Shown piece by piece: positions 8,629 through 17,167 of a DNA stretch of 34,356 bases. The position numbers and the translations under genes were made by a program. Where the stretch lies: positions 1 through 34,356 of the forward strand of contig CAYNIK010000001.1 of the NCBI GenBank assembly GCA_964397145.1. The letters are read 5' to 3'. Below the pieces are notes generated by a model. The model ran no database searches and was not told the origin of the DNA. It was given only the letters and a program-made list of their open reading frames with translations. Numbering within the stretch: the stretch's first letter is position 1; each line of letters opens with the position of its first letter. This DNA comes from an uncultured Limnohabitans sp. Lineage in GTDB: Bacteria; Bacteroidota; Bacteroidia; Cytophagales; Cyclobacteriaceae.

Positions 8629-8735
8629 AAAAAGGGGTTAAAGAAGAAGTAATTCTAGGGTAACTTAAAGATAATGTAAACTACTTGTAACCAAATGATT
8701 GTCTCGATAGTTTTAGTTAAAATAAGACCATAACC

Positions 8736-8963
8736 ATGAGCCACCACCTGCCCATTTACATCGAAGGAGAAAAGTGGATTCCACTCACCTATTTCTCTGA
8801 ACAGGAAAAAAAATCTTTTCAAGAATGGCTTCCTAGCTATCGACTTAAAGAAGTCAAATTGCCTGGGATTGTACTTACGGAATGCTTGGATTTCAAAACG
8901 TACTCCTGCTGGTTGCGACTAAAAGAGTTGACCTATTCCAAGTCACCACTTCTTGATTTTTAG
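8736..8963 (+). CDS. Hypothetical protein, 75 aa
   Basis: ATG start after an A-rich leader; fills the gap divergent from the AEC gene; stop overlaps the stop of the convergent gene. Confidence 0.65.
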   Translation: MSHHLPIYIEGEKWIPLTYFSEQEKKSFQEWLPSYRLKEVKLPGIVLTECLDFKTYSCWLRLKELTYSKSPLLDF

Positions 8964-9331
8964 TCAAGACCTACTTGTTTTCGTTTGGCATCAAAGTAAT
9001 TTTTCAACTCAGGATACCAGTCACTTTCAGTTTCTGGAAATCCATCCAGTACCAATTCCATAGTTCCTTCGTAATTATCTTGGTTGAGCTGCATCCCTTC
9101 AATTAAGTAAATGAGGTCTTCCAAGGTGAGCGGTTCTTCGCTGCTGCTTGGATAAAGCAGGTAGTCATTGCCGTAGAAGTCTACTGCCTCAAATTGAATT
9201 TTTTGATCCAGTTGATGCGCATAAATGCTGATTTGTTCCCCCCAGGTGCTTTCCGGATAGTGTAACCGGGCCAGTAAAACAGAGGTAATGCCTTCATAAA
9301 AATAGGTAGCGGGTCTAAATAAAAAATCCAT
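8960..9331 (-). CDS. Hypothetical acidic protein, 123 aa
   Basis: ATG start, protein-like composition (FRPATYF, VDFYG, SEEPLTLEDLI, SDWYPELKNYF), no competing ORF. Confidence 0.75.
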   Translation of the reverse strand: MDFLFRPATYFYEGITSVLLARLHYPESTWGEQISIYAHQLDQKIQFEAVDFYGNDYLLYPSSSEEPLTLEDLIYLIEGMQLNQDNYEGTMELVLDGFPETESDWYPELKNYFDAKRKQVGLD

Positions 9332-9435
9332 AAGTTCTCGAATTGGGTTTTTAAAGGTCTTGATTTACTGCCAAGAATGGAAACGATTTTTTGTTTTTTG
9401 GAAGTAGGAGATAAATTTCAATTTTAGTGGTGTAC

Positions 9436-9467
9436 AAGTCCTGCATCCAATTGGATAATCAGGACTT
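9436..9467. promoter_or_regulatory. Nested inverted repeat upstream of glyA
   Basis: AAGTCCTG ... CAGGACTT outer arms enclose the perfect palindrome ATCCAATTGGAT (9445-9456). Confidence 0.5.
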
Positions 9468-9473
9468 TAGGCC

Positions 9474-9481
9474 TATTTTTG
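9474..9481 (+). promoter_or_regulatory. -7 box for glyA-tatC-rpiB
   Basis: TATTTTTG matches TAnnTTTG, 67 nt upstream of the glyA ATG. Confidence 0.5.
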
Positions 9482-9548
9482 AATTCCCAAGATCACCCGC
9501 GGTTTAAAATTTTCCAAACAGATTTATTGCGTTTCGCTATCCTCTATT

Positions 9549-10817
9549 ATGAAAAGAGATTCCTTGATTTTCGACCTTATTTCCAAAGAAGAAGACAGAC
9601 AAAGAAGAGGCATTGAGTTGATTGCTTCTGAAAACTTCACTTCCAAGCAAGTCATGGAAGCGGCGGGTAGTGTACTGACCAATAAGTATGCAGAAGGCCT
9701 TCCTAGCAAGCGTTACTACGGGGGCTGTGAGGTAGTCGATGAGATTGAGCAACTCGCCATTGATCGCGCCAAGAAATTATTTGGTGCTTCTTGGGCCAAC
9801 GTACAGCCTCACTCAGGCGCACAAGCAAATGCTGCTGTGATGCTTGCTTGCTTGAATCCTGGTGATGCAATTTTGGGATTTGACCTCTCGCATGGAGGAC
9901 ACTTGACCCATGGTTCACCTGTTAATTTCTCTGGGAAGCTCTATCAGGCTAATTTTTATGGGGTGGAGGAAGCTACTGGTAGGATTGATTACGATAAAGT
10001 AGCGGAGAAAGCGCTAGCAGTGCAACCAAAAATGATTATCTGTGGGGCATCGGCCTATTCTAGAGATTGGGACTATGCGCGTTTACGTGAAATCGCAGAT
10101 GAAGTGGATGCCTTGCTTTTGGCAGATATCTCCCACCCATCTGGACTAATTGCAAGAGGCTTACTCAATGATCCTTTGGAGCATTGCCATATTGTAACCA
10201 CCACTACGCACAAAACTTTGAGAGGACCTAGAGGGGGATTGATCCTTATGCGTGAAGATTTCGATAACCCTTGGGGATTGACTACACCAAAGGGTGAAAT
10301 CAAAAAAATGTCTTCATTGTTGGATATGGGGGTTTTCCCTGGCACACAAGGTGGGCCATTGGAACACATCATTGCTGCCAAGGCCGTCGCTTTTGAAGAA
10401 GCGCTTTCAGATGAATACATGGACTATGTGGTTCAGGTGAAATTGAATGCATCCGTGATGGCAGCTGAGTTTGTTGCTCGCGGTTATCAATTGATTTCCG
10501 GAGGAACAGACAACCACCTCATGTTAATCGATCTCAGAAACAAAGATTTGACGGGTAAGCTTGCAGAAGAGACCCTCGGAAAGGTGGACATTACCATCAA
10601 CAAAAACATGGTCCCTTTTGATACCAAATCACCTTTTGTGACTTCTGGTATGCGCGTAGGAACTGCCGCCGTGACTACACGTGGCTTGAAGGAAGCGGAC
10701 ATGAAAAAAATTGTGGAGTTGATCGATCGGGCACTTCAGCATCACCAGGACGAGGCCGCATTGGCAAAGATCAAGTCCGAAGTCAATACTTGGATGGTTA
10801 AATTTCCATTGTACTAA
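9549..10817 (+). CDS. glyA: Serine hydroxymethyltransferase
   Basis: [38 protein letters not shown]-lysine motif [21 protein letters not shown]. Confidence 0.99.
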   Translation: MKRDSLIFDLISKEEDRQRRGIELIASENFTSKQVMEAAGSVLTNKYAEGLPSKRYYGGCEVVDEIEQLAIDRAKKLFGASWANVQPHSGAQANAAVMLACLNPGDAILGFDLSHGGHLTHGSPVNFSGKLYQANFYGVEEATGRIDYDKVAEKALAVQPKMIICGASAYSRDWDYARLREIADEVDALLLADISHPSGLIARGLLNDPLEHCHIVTTTTHKTLRGPRGGLILMREDFDNPWGLTTPKGEIKKMSSLLDMGVFPGTQGGPLEHIIAAKAVAFEEALSDEYMDYVVQVKLNASVMAAEFVARGYQLISGGTDNHLMLIDLRNKDLTGKLAEETLGKVDITINKNMVPFDTKSPFVTSGMRVGTAAVTTRGLKEADMKKIVELIDRALQHHQDEAALAKIKSEVNTWMVKFPLY

Positions 10818-10832
10818 TTTTTCCCAATCCAC

Positions 10833-11687
10833 GTGGCACTAGATCAATACCAAGAAGAAGAGGAAGGAATGTCCTTTTTGGACCATTTGGAAGCCTTAAG
10901 ATGGCATTTACTACGTTCGGTATCTGCTGTGCTTATCTTTTCAGTGGCTGCCTTCATTGCCAAAGATTTTGTTTTTGGAGTGTTGATTCTTGGGCCATCA
11001 AAAGTTGACTTTTTCACCTACCGAGTGTTGTGTGACTTAGGAAATTACTTGGGTCTTCCCGCACTTTGTATCGACGAATTGCCCTTTACCATCCAAAGCC
11101 GGCAGATGACGGGCCAATTCTCCATGCACATGACTTCGAGTATGGTGGTAGGCTTGATTGCTGCATTTCCCTATTTGTTTTGGGAGGTTTGGCGATTTAT
11201 CAGTCCCGGATTGTACGATAAGGAGCGAAGTGCAGCTCGCGGAGCGGTGTTCTTTGTTAGCTTTCTCTTTCTTTCAGGAGCAGCATTTGGGTACTATGTG
11301 CTTACTCCCATGTCGATCAACTTTCTGGCCAACTATCAATTGGACCCCAGCATTGCCAATGAGTTTGACATTACCTCTTATGTGTCTACCTTATCGATGT
11401 TGGTTTTGGCTTCGGCCCTCATGTTCCAACTGCCCGTAGTGGTTTACTTTTTGTCGATGTCAGGTTTGGTTACCTCCAAAATGCTGAAAGCGTATCGAAA
11501 GCATTCCGTTGTGGTTATTTTGATTGTATCGGCTGTCATCACCCCTCCAGATGTGGTAAGTCAGTTGTTAATTGCTATGCCAATCCTCGTCTTGTATGAA
11601 GTAGGGATTTTCATCGCAAAAGGTCTTGAGCGCAAAAGAGCACTAAAGGAAGCCGAATTTGAACGAAACAACGAATCTCATTCTTAG
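10833..11687 (+). CDS. tatC: Twin-arginine translocase subunit TatC
   Basis: MSFLDHLEALRWHL, WRFISPGLY..E, FQLPVV, ITPPDVVSQ...P...LYEV. GTG start. Confidence 0.96.
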   Translation: MALDQYQEEEEGMSFLDHLEALRWHLLRSVSAVLIFSVAAFIAKDFVFGVLILGPSKVDFFTYRVLCDLGNYLGLPALCIDELPFTIQSRQMTGQFSMHMTSSMVVGLIAAFPYLFWEVWRFISPGLYDKERSAARGAVFFVSFLFLSGAAFGYYVLTPMSINFLANYQLDPSIANEFDITSYVSTLSMLVLASALMFQLPVVVYFLSMSGLVTSKMLKAYRKHSVVVILIVSAVITPPDVVSQLLIAMPILVLYEVGIFIAKGLERKRALKEAEFERNNESHS

Positions 11688-11688
11688 T

Positions 11689-12126
11689 ATGGCAGGACGA
11701 ATCGCAATTGGTGGGGATCACGCTGGAGTAGGCTATAAAGAGCAGTTGCAACAGCACTTGCTTACACTTGGCTATACAGTGAAGGATTTCGGTCCCTTTA
11801 CAACCGAATCTGTGGATTATCCAGATTATGTCCACCCGCTGACCAAGGCAATGGAGGCTGGAGAATTTGATTTTGGAATTGTGATTTGTGGAAGCGGAAA
11901 TGGGGTCGCCATTACCGCCAACAAGCACCAAGGGATCCGTGCAGCACTCTGCTGGAATGAAGAACTAGCTGCCTTGGCTCGGCAGCACAACGATGCCAAT
12001 GTGCTTGCTTTGCCCGCGCGCTTTATCTCCTATGAATTGGCAGAACGACTAGCTGAAATCTTTTTGACTACCCCTTTTGAAGGAGGTAGGCACCAAAGTA
12101 GGGTGAATAAAATTGCCTGTACCTAA
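11689..12126 (+). CDS. rpiB: Ribose-5-phosphate isomerase B
   Basis: IAIGGDHAG, SVDYPDY, ICGSGNG, ANK..GIRAALC, ARQHNDANVL, FEGGRH..RV. Start reassigned to ATG 11689, 1 nt after the tatC stop. Confidence 0.97.
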   Translation: MAGRIAIGGDHAGVGYKEQLQQHLLTLGYTVKDFGPFTTESVDYPDYVHPLTKAMEAGEFDFGIVICGSGNGVAITANKHQGIRAALCWNEELAALARQHNDANVLALPARFISYELAERLAEIFLTTPFEGGRHQSRVNKIACT

Positions 12127-12131
12127 CCCAC

Positions 12132-12167
12132 AAAAAAGGGTCTTGATTCATCAAGACCCTTTTTTTT
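12132..12167. terminator. Bidirectional intrinsic terminator
   Basis: AAAAAAGGGTCTTGA-TTCA-TCAAGACCCTTTTTTTT lies between convergent rpiB and the S8 peptidase gene. Confidence 0.9.
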
Positions 12168-12314
12168 AAAGCAGCCATTGAGAGGAAATTAGAGGCAGTA
12201 CTAATCCAAAAAAGAGTTGAAGTTCAAGAAAGTGAGCAGTGGTCTGTCAGCCGTGGACGATTATCCTGAACTAAAGGCTTATTTTTAGGATCACTTGATT
12301 GGGGATAATCCTTT

Positions 12315-13931
12315 CTATTTTTCTGCAGCTACCTGCTCTGCAAGAAGGAGTGCAGTGTAGAGGTTGGCAATTTTGCCCGACACACAAAGCTCAGCTAAGC
12401 CGAACTCCAATTCTCCTATACGAACTTTCATGGGGACGGATAGCCCAGAATCTAGAATGATGCGCTTCACCTGTACAGCAGTAAGCTGAGGATACAAGGA
12501 ACGGATCAACGCAGCCATGCCCGCTACCGCAGGTGCAGCCATGGACGTGCCACCTTCTACCCCATACTTCGAATTGGGTAGCGTGGAATAAATCTCATCT
12601 CCGGGAGCAAAAATATCCACCCCTTTTTTTCCATAGTTAGAAAAGGAAGCAATCATGTCTGGCCCATAATAGGGAGTCAATGCTCCTACACTCAAATAAT
12701 TGTCTTCGGTAGCCGTTCCGCTCAGACTATATGCGTCATTTGGAAAATTTGAATTTTCAGGAAGATCCAAATCCAATCCATCGTTTCCAGCGGCATGGAC
12801 AAAAAGCACGTCCTTGGCAGCGGCATAGCGTAGCGCGTCTTGAACCCAACCGGCATTGGGGGAGAATTTTTTACCAAAGCTCGCATTGATCACTTTCGCT
12901 CCCTGGTCTACGGCATAGCGAATGGCAAGGGCAATGTCTTTGTCGTATTCGTCTCCATCCGGGACGGCTCGTAGGGCCATTAACTTTACATTCTCCGCTA
13001 CCCCCTTCACTCCTTTTTTGTTGGTTCGATTGGCAGCAAGAATTCCAGCTACATGGGTGCCATGGCTCTCTTCTTCGAGCTTATAGCTTGGATTGCCGTT
13101 GCCATAGCCCAGCTCTTTGATGTCGTAAGGATTGTCTCCTACGGATTTTCTGCCATCAAACTCCAAATTGAGGTTGTACTCCAACTGCGATTGGTAATAG
13201 TTGATTCCTTCCTGTAATTCAGTCAATGCCGCTGGAATATCCTGTCCCATAGCCATTACCTGAGTCAGAAGTCCGAGCACTTGTTCTTCTTCCTCGTTTT
13301 TGGCTTCGTATTTTTCAAGATCTTCTAGTGTGTAGTATTCCTTCCCCAGTTTTTTTTGAATGTTCTCATGCGCCGTGCGTACGAGTTGTTCAATTTGTTG
13401 GAATTGTAGGACTGCGGTCTTTGCTTCTGCAACTAGGGGTTCTAAGTGGGCATTGGCTTTGTTCTGAAGGGCTGAATCCCCTATTTTTTTCGCTACAATA
13501 CGCACAAACTCCATTTGCTCGTAGGAAGATTCTCCAAGAAAGTTATATCCATGCACGTCGTCAACGTATCCGTTTTGATCGTTGTCAAGGCCATCCCCAG
13601 CGATTTCCCCTGGATTTTTCCAAAGTAGGTTTTCGAGATCTTCGTGGGCTAAGTCTATCCCTGAGTCAATGATGGCTACGACTACAGGACTCCCTTTCCT
13701 TTTTTTGACCACTTCAGCATACGCACGATCTATACTCATCCCGGGGACTGTATCTTGGATGGGATCCAAATGTGACCATCGAAGACTTTCTTTTTCCGAC
13801 AAGGGGCGAGTTCGCATTACAGCACTCATCGTATTGTTAGTGGGGGGGGCGAGTTGGGCTGTCGTGGCACAGCCCATTCCCAATAGGCTGAGCGTGCCTA
13901 GGCTGAGAAATAGAGACAGGAATTTTTTCAT
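12315..13931 (-). CDS. S8 (subtilisin) family serine peptidase, predicted lipoprotein
   Basis: Catalytic triad motifs VAIIDSG, HGTHVAG and GTSMAAP, oxyanion AAGN, lipobox-like LGMGC, and a large helical insert between the Asp and His motifs. Confidence 0.94.
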   Translation of the reverse strand: MKKFLSLFLSLGTLSLLGMGCATTAQLAPPTNNTMSAVMRTRPLSEKESLRWSHLDPIQDTVPGMSIDRAYAEVVKKRKGSPVVVAIIDSGIDLAHEDLENLLWKNPGEIAGDGLDNDQNGYVDDVHGYNFLGESSYEQMEFVRIVAKKIGDSALQNKANAHLEPLVAEAKTAVLQFQQIEQLVRTAHENIQKKLGKEYYTLEDLEKYEAKNEEEEQVLGLLTQVMAMGQDIPAALTELQEGINYYQSQLEYNLNLEFDGRKSVGDNPYDIKELGYGNGNPSYKLEEESHGTHVAGILAANRTNKKGVKGVAENVKLMALRAVPDGDEYDKDIALAIRYAVDQGAKVINASFGKKFSPNAGWVQDALRYAAAKDVLFVHAAGNDGLDLDLPENSNFPNDAYSLSGTATEDNYLSVGALTPYYGPDMIASFSNYGKKGVDIFAPGDEIYSTLPNSKYGVEGGTSMAAPAVAGMAALIRSLYPQLTAVQVKRIILDSGLSVPMKVRIGELEFGLAELCVSGKIANLYTALLLAEQVAAEK

Positions 13932-13997
13932 CTTAGGATTAATTGGAGACCACTTTTTTGGTTCAAGCTGCTAACGTCGAAATTCAGCACCTAGTGT

Positions 13998-15389
13998 CTA
14001 TTTTTTGGAATAACTTCCTGCTTTACCTTCCGAATAGAATTCTTTGAGGGCAGGCAATTCTTCTAGAAGCGCTTTAAATAGTCCTTGCCTATCATAAACC
14101 TGTTCAGGCTGCTGTCGGCGAATCATTTGGAATACCTGTGCTTTTTGTTGCAAGGTTTTTTCTTGGTTGAGGTAGCTCGCAGACATGTGGAAATTTAAAA
14201 AGGGTCCATCCAAGGAGTGGGTGAGGTATGGGGTCGGGTCCTCTTCCAAAACCATCACGCCTGTTGGGTTGAGATTTTCCGATTCGTAAGAAGCGGTCAC
14301 GAAGTAGGAAGTGTCAATTCCTACACGTTCTGACCAATAATTCAACGCCCAAAGGGGCATTGCGAGGATTAATCCAAAAAACGCAGGACGAAGCAGCAAA
14401 GTCCAGCTGAAATGAAGAAAGAACTGGGTGATAAAATAGCTCATCGCAGGTAGAAATACGACCAGCTGATAGGAAGCGGTATTTTTTACCAGAAAAAATA
14501 AACCAGCAGAAAAGAGGAGCCAGATCAGGATAAGCTGCCGTTGTTTTTGTTGATTGATTGTCGCTCCGCGAAAAAAGGAGCCAATTAAATAACCTGCCAA
14601 GGCAAGCACAAGTGGAAGGGCACCCGGCGCAAGCCAACTGAGGTAAGGTTGGAATGCATAGTTGGGATAGGTGAAGACTATCGGCCATACTTGTAGGGCT
14701 TGTTCCAACCCGTCATTCCAAAAATAAAACACCAAAATCAGCAAGATGGGAAGTAAAAATCCCATGATGGAAAGAAAAAGTTGGCGGATGGTAAAGCTTG
14801 ACACCGCCAAACCAGTAAAGATTAGAAAGGGAAGAAAGAAGACAAAGTTCCAATGGAAGCCAGTCGCGAGGCCTCCATAAATTCCAATGAGAAGGGTAGA
14901 CTCACTCGTTTCTTTTTGAAGCACGGTATGGGAAAAAAGCTGTCCAAATGCCAGCAATAGAAATGTACTCCCGAGTAGGGTTGGGGATAAGTACATCAGG
15001 TCAAAGGAAAAATGAAACAAGGCAGCCATGACGATGGCGGGCAAGTAGGTGTTTTCGTCAAATACGCGGTACTTGATTAAGGTGCTGTTCCAGTAATAAA
15101 TCTGGAACAGGACGAAAATCTTACCTAGAAAAAGGTAAGCAAGCTCACTTCTTCCAAACAAGAGGTGAAGACCTGTGAATATTCCAGCAGAGAGCGGACC
15201 TGTATCGTCGATCACATCTACATAAAGTAGATGTCCTTCACTGAGACGTTCGCCTAAGACCATCCACATCAGCGTAGGTGTAGTGCTTGGAAATGAGAAA
15301 AAAACCCAAGAGATTACACTGAATAAGACCACATAAAGCAGTATTCCAACTAGGCGAAAGGGGTCGTTTACTCTAAAAAAACTGAACAA
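13998..15389 (-). CDS. Polytopic membrane protein (DUF6427-like, Bacteroidota)
   Basis: About 10-11 TM segments, TTG start, divergent from rbfA. Family name is recalled, not searched. Confidence 0.7.
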   Translation of the reverse strand: MFSFFRVNDPFRLVGILLYVVLFSVISWVFFSFPSTTPTLMWMVLGERLSEGHLLYVDVIDDTGPLSAGIFTGLHLLFGRSELAYLFLGKIFVLFQIYYWNSTLIKYRVFDENTYLPAIVMAALFHFSFDLMYLSPTLLGSTFLLLAFGQLFSHTVLQKETSESTLLIGIYGGLATGFHWNFVFFLPFLIFTGLAVSSFTIRQLFLSIMGFLLPILLILVFYFWNDGLEQALQVWPIVFTYPNYAFQPYLSWLAPGALPLVLALAGYLIGSFFRGATINQQKQRQLILIWLLFSAGLFFLVKNTASYQLVVFLPAMSYFITQFFLHFSWTLLLRPAFFGLILAMPLWALNYWSERVGIDTSYFVTASYESENLNPTGVMVLEEDPTPYLTHSLDGPFLNFHMSASYLNQEKTLQQKAQVFQMIRRQQPEQVYDRQGLFKALLEELPALKEFYSEGKAGSYSKK

Positions 15390-15446
15390 GGTGGATCGGG
15401 GAAAATTGGTTTTGACTCGAAATTAAAGCATGCCCAAGTATTTCGC

Positions 15447-15454
15447 TAAATTTG
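15447..15454 (+). promoter_or_regulatory. -7 box for rbfA operon
   Basis: TAAATTTG exact consensus, 17 nt upstream of the rbfA ATG. Confidence 0.65.
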
Positions 15455-15471
15455 CATCATAAATACTTCAG

Positions 15472-15849
15472 ATGGAAAGCAAAAGACAATTAAAATATGC
15501 CAAGTTAATTCAAAAGGAACTGGGCGACATTTTTCAAAAAGAGGCCAAGCACCTGGTTGGATCCACATTGGTGACCATTACGCGGGTCATGATGAGCCCA
15601 GATTTGGGGTTTGCCAAAGCTTACCTTAGTTTTTTGTTGCCAGATCCTAAGGCAAGTTTTGATGCGATCAATGCACAAAAGAAAGAAATTCGGCATGCAT
15701 TGGCCAAGCGAATCGGGAAGTCTGTTCGGGTAATTCCGGAATTGGCATTCTTTTCAGATGAATCTGCCACCTATGCGCAGCACATGGACAAGGTGATTTC
15801 AGACCTCCACATCCCACCTGCTCCAGAAGAGGAGGAGGAAGAGGATTAA
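15472..15849 (+). CDS. rbfA: 30S ribosome-binding factor A
   Basis: MESKRQ.K...IQKEL, VTITRV.MSPDL..AKAYLS, IRHALAKRI...RVIPELAFF.D. Confidence 0.95.
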   Translation: MESKRQLKYAKLIQKELGDIFQKEAKHLVGSTLVTITRVMMSPDLGFAKAYLSFLLPDPKASFDAINAQKKEIRHALAKRIGKSVRVIPELAFFSDESATYAQHMDKVISDLHIPPAPEEEEEED

Positions 15850-15863
15850 ATTCAATTTTATCC

Positions 15864-17090
15864 GTGAACACAAGTTCTTTTATTGCCGGCAGATATTTCC
15901 GCAGCAAAAAAAAGCAAAACTTCATCACCATCCTCTCCTTGATTTCGATGGTGGGTGTGGCTATCAGTACGATGGCCCTAGTGGCAGTACTATCTGTGTT
16001 CAATGGATTGGAAGATCTGATCCGCGGACTTTTTTCAAGTTTTGATTCGGAACTTCAGGTTACACCCAGTTCAGGTAAAAGTTTTGAGGTCACTGAGGAA
16101 TGGCTACAAGCCCTCCGTCAGGTAGCAGGTGTAGAAGTCATCACTGAAGTGATTGAAGACAATGCCTTGCTTGAATATCGGGGAAATCAACATGTAGCCC
16201 GGGTCAAGGCTGTGTCGGACAACTACTTTGAACACGACCGTTTTTCGAAAGGATATTTTTGGGGAGATACGACCTTAGGCGATAGCCTTAGGCCTGGGGC
16301 CCTGCTCGGAAGAGGGGTTGCCTTTGCCTTATCCGCCAACCTGGACGATATCAACGCGGTCTTGAATATTTACTATCCCAAAGCTCCCAAATCTGCAGCT
16401 TCCTTGGACCCCAATCAACTGTATGCTTCCGGACAGGTGGAGCCTCGAGGCTTTTTTAGTATTGAACAAGGAGTGGATAACGAATATGTCCTCGTTCGCC
16501 TTGATTTTTTCAAGGACCTCCTCGGCTATGGTCAAAAGCGCACCGCCCTTGAACTTAAGGTGGATCCGGAATACTCCATTTCCAGTGTACAGCAAGCTGT
16601 ACAAGCGAAGCTAGGTTCCGATTTTGTGGTGAAAAATGCAGATGAACAGCATGCTACGCTGATTCGCACGGTGAAACTGGAAAAACTAGTTGTTTTTCTC
16701 ACGCTCACCTTTATTCTGGCCCTCGCCTCCTTCAACATTTTCTTTTCGTTGAGTATGCTGGCTATTGAGAAGAAAAAAGACCTGGCAGTACTGAAAGCCA
16801 TGGGGGCAAAAAATGCACTCATTCGGGGTATTTTCTTGAAGCAAGGAGCCTTGATTGCCTTTTCGGGAGCAGTTTTGGGATTGGTATTGGGCCTCCTTCT
16901 GGTAGGTGCTCAGGAAAAATTTGGACTAATCTCCCTAGGTATCTCCTCTGGGGTGGTGGATGCCTATCCCGTGCGGGTCCATTGGCCTGATCTGGTTTGG
17001 GTAAGTTTGGCCGTAGTAGGGATTACTTTAGCAGCTTCTTGGCGTCCTGCGTGGATTGCCTCGCAAGTTGATCCGCTGAAGGAGCTGTAG
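15864..17090 (+). CDS. LolC/E-like (FtsX/MacB family) ABC transporter permease
   Basis: FIAGRYF.SKK...FITILS, VLSVFNG, periplasmic domain, EKKKDLAVLKAMGA...IRGIF, final PA..AS.VDP. Confidence 0.88.
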   Translation: MNTSSFIAGRYFRSKKKQNFITILSLISMVGVAISTMALVAVLSVFNGLEDLIRGLFSSFDSELQVTPSSGKSFEVTEEWLQALRQVAGVEVITEVIEDNALLEYRGNQHVARVKAVSDNYFEHDRFSKGYFWGDTTLGDSLRPGALLGRGVAFALSANLDDINAVLNIYYPKAPKSAASLDPNQLYASGQVEPRGFFSIEQGVDNEYVLVRLDFFKDLLGYGQKRTALELKVDPEYSISSVQQAVQAKLGSDFVVKNADEQHATLIRTVKLEKLVVFLTLTFILALASFNIFFSLSMLAIEKKKDLAVLKAMGAKNALIRGIFLKQGALIAFSGAVLGLVLGLLLVGAQEKFGLISLGISSGVVDAYPVRVHWPDLVWVSLAVVGITLAASWRPAWIASQVDPLKEL

Positions 17091-17167
17091 GAAGACCGCT
17101 AGTCCAAGGGACCCTTTCTGGTCGACCTCCTTTTTCTTTCCTTTATATTTTGTAGTAATATGGCTGC

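Noticed and set aside
9482-9548. Known ZTP, THF or glycine riboswitch in the glyA leader
   Set aside because: The conserved aptamer sequences are not visible and the leader is short and AT-rich. An Rfam scan would be decisive.
12285-13960. Weakly similar sequences on both sides of the S8 gene (TTAGGAT..TGATTGGGGATAATCC vs TTAGGATTAATTGGAGACCAC) as possible insertion scars
   Set aside because: The match is short, gapped and of low identity, and no integrase or transposase is nearby.
15825-15846. GAG/GAA repeat at the end of rbfA
   Set aside because: It encodes an acidic low-complexity tail (EEEEEED), not a functional tandem repeat.
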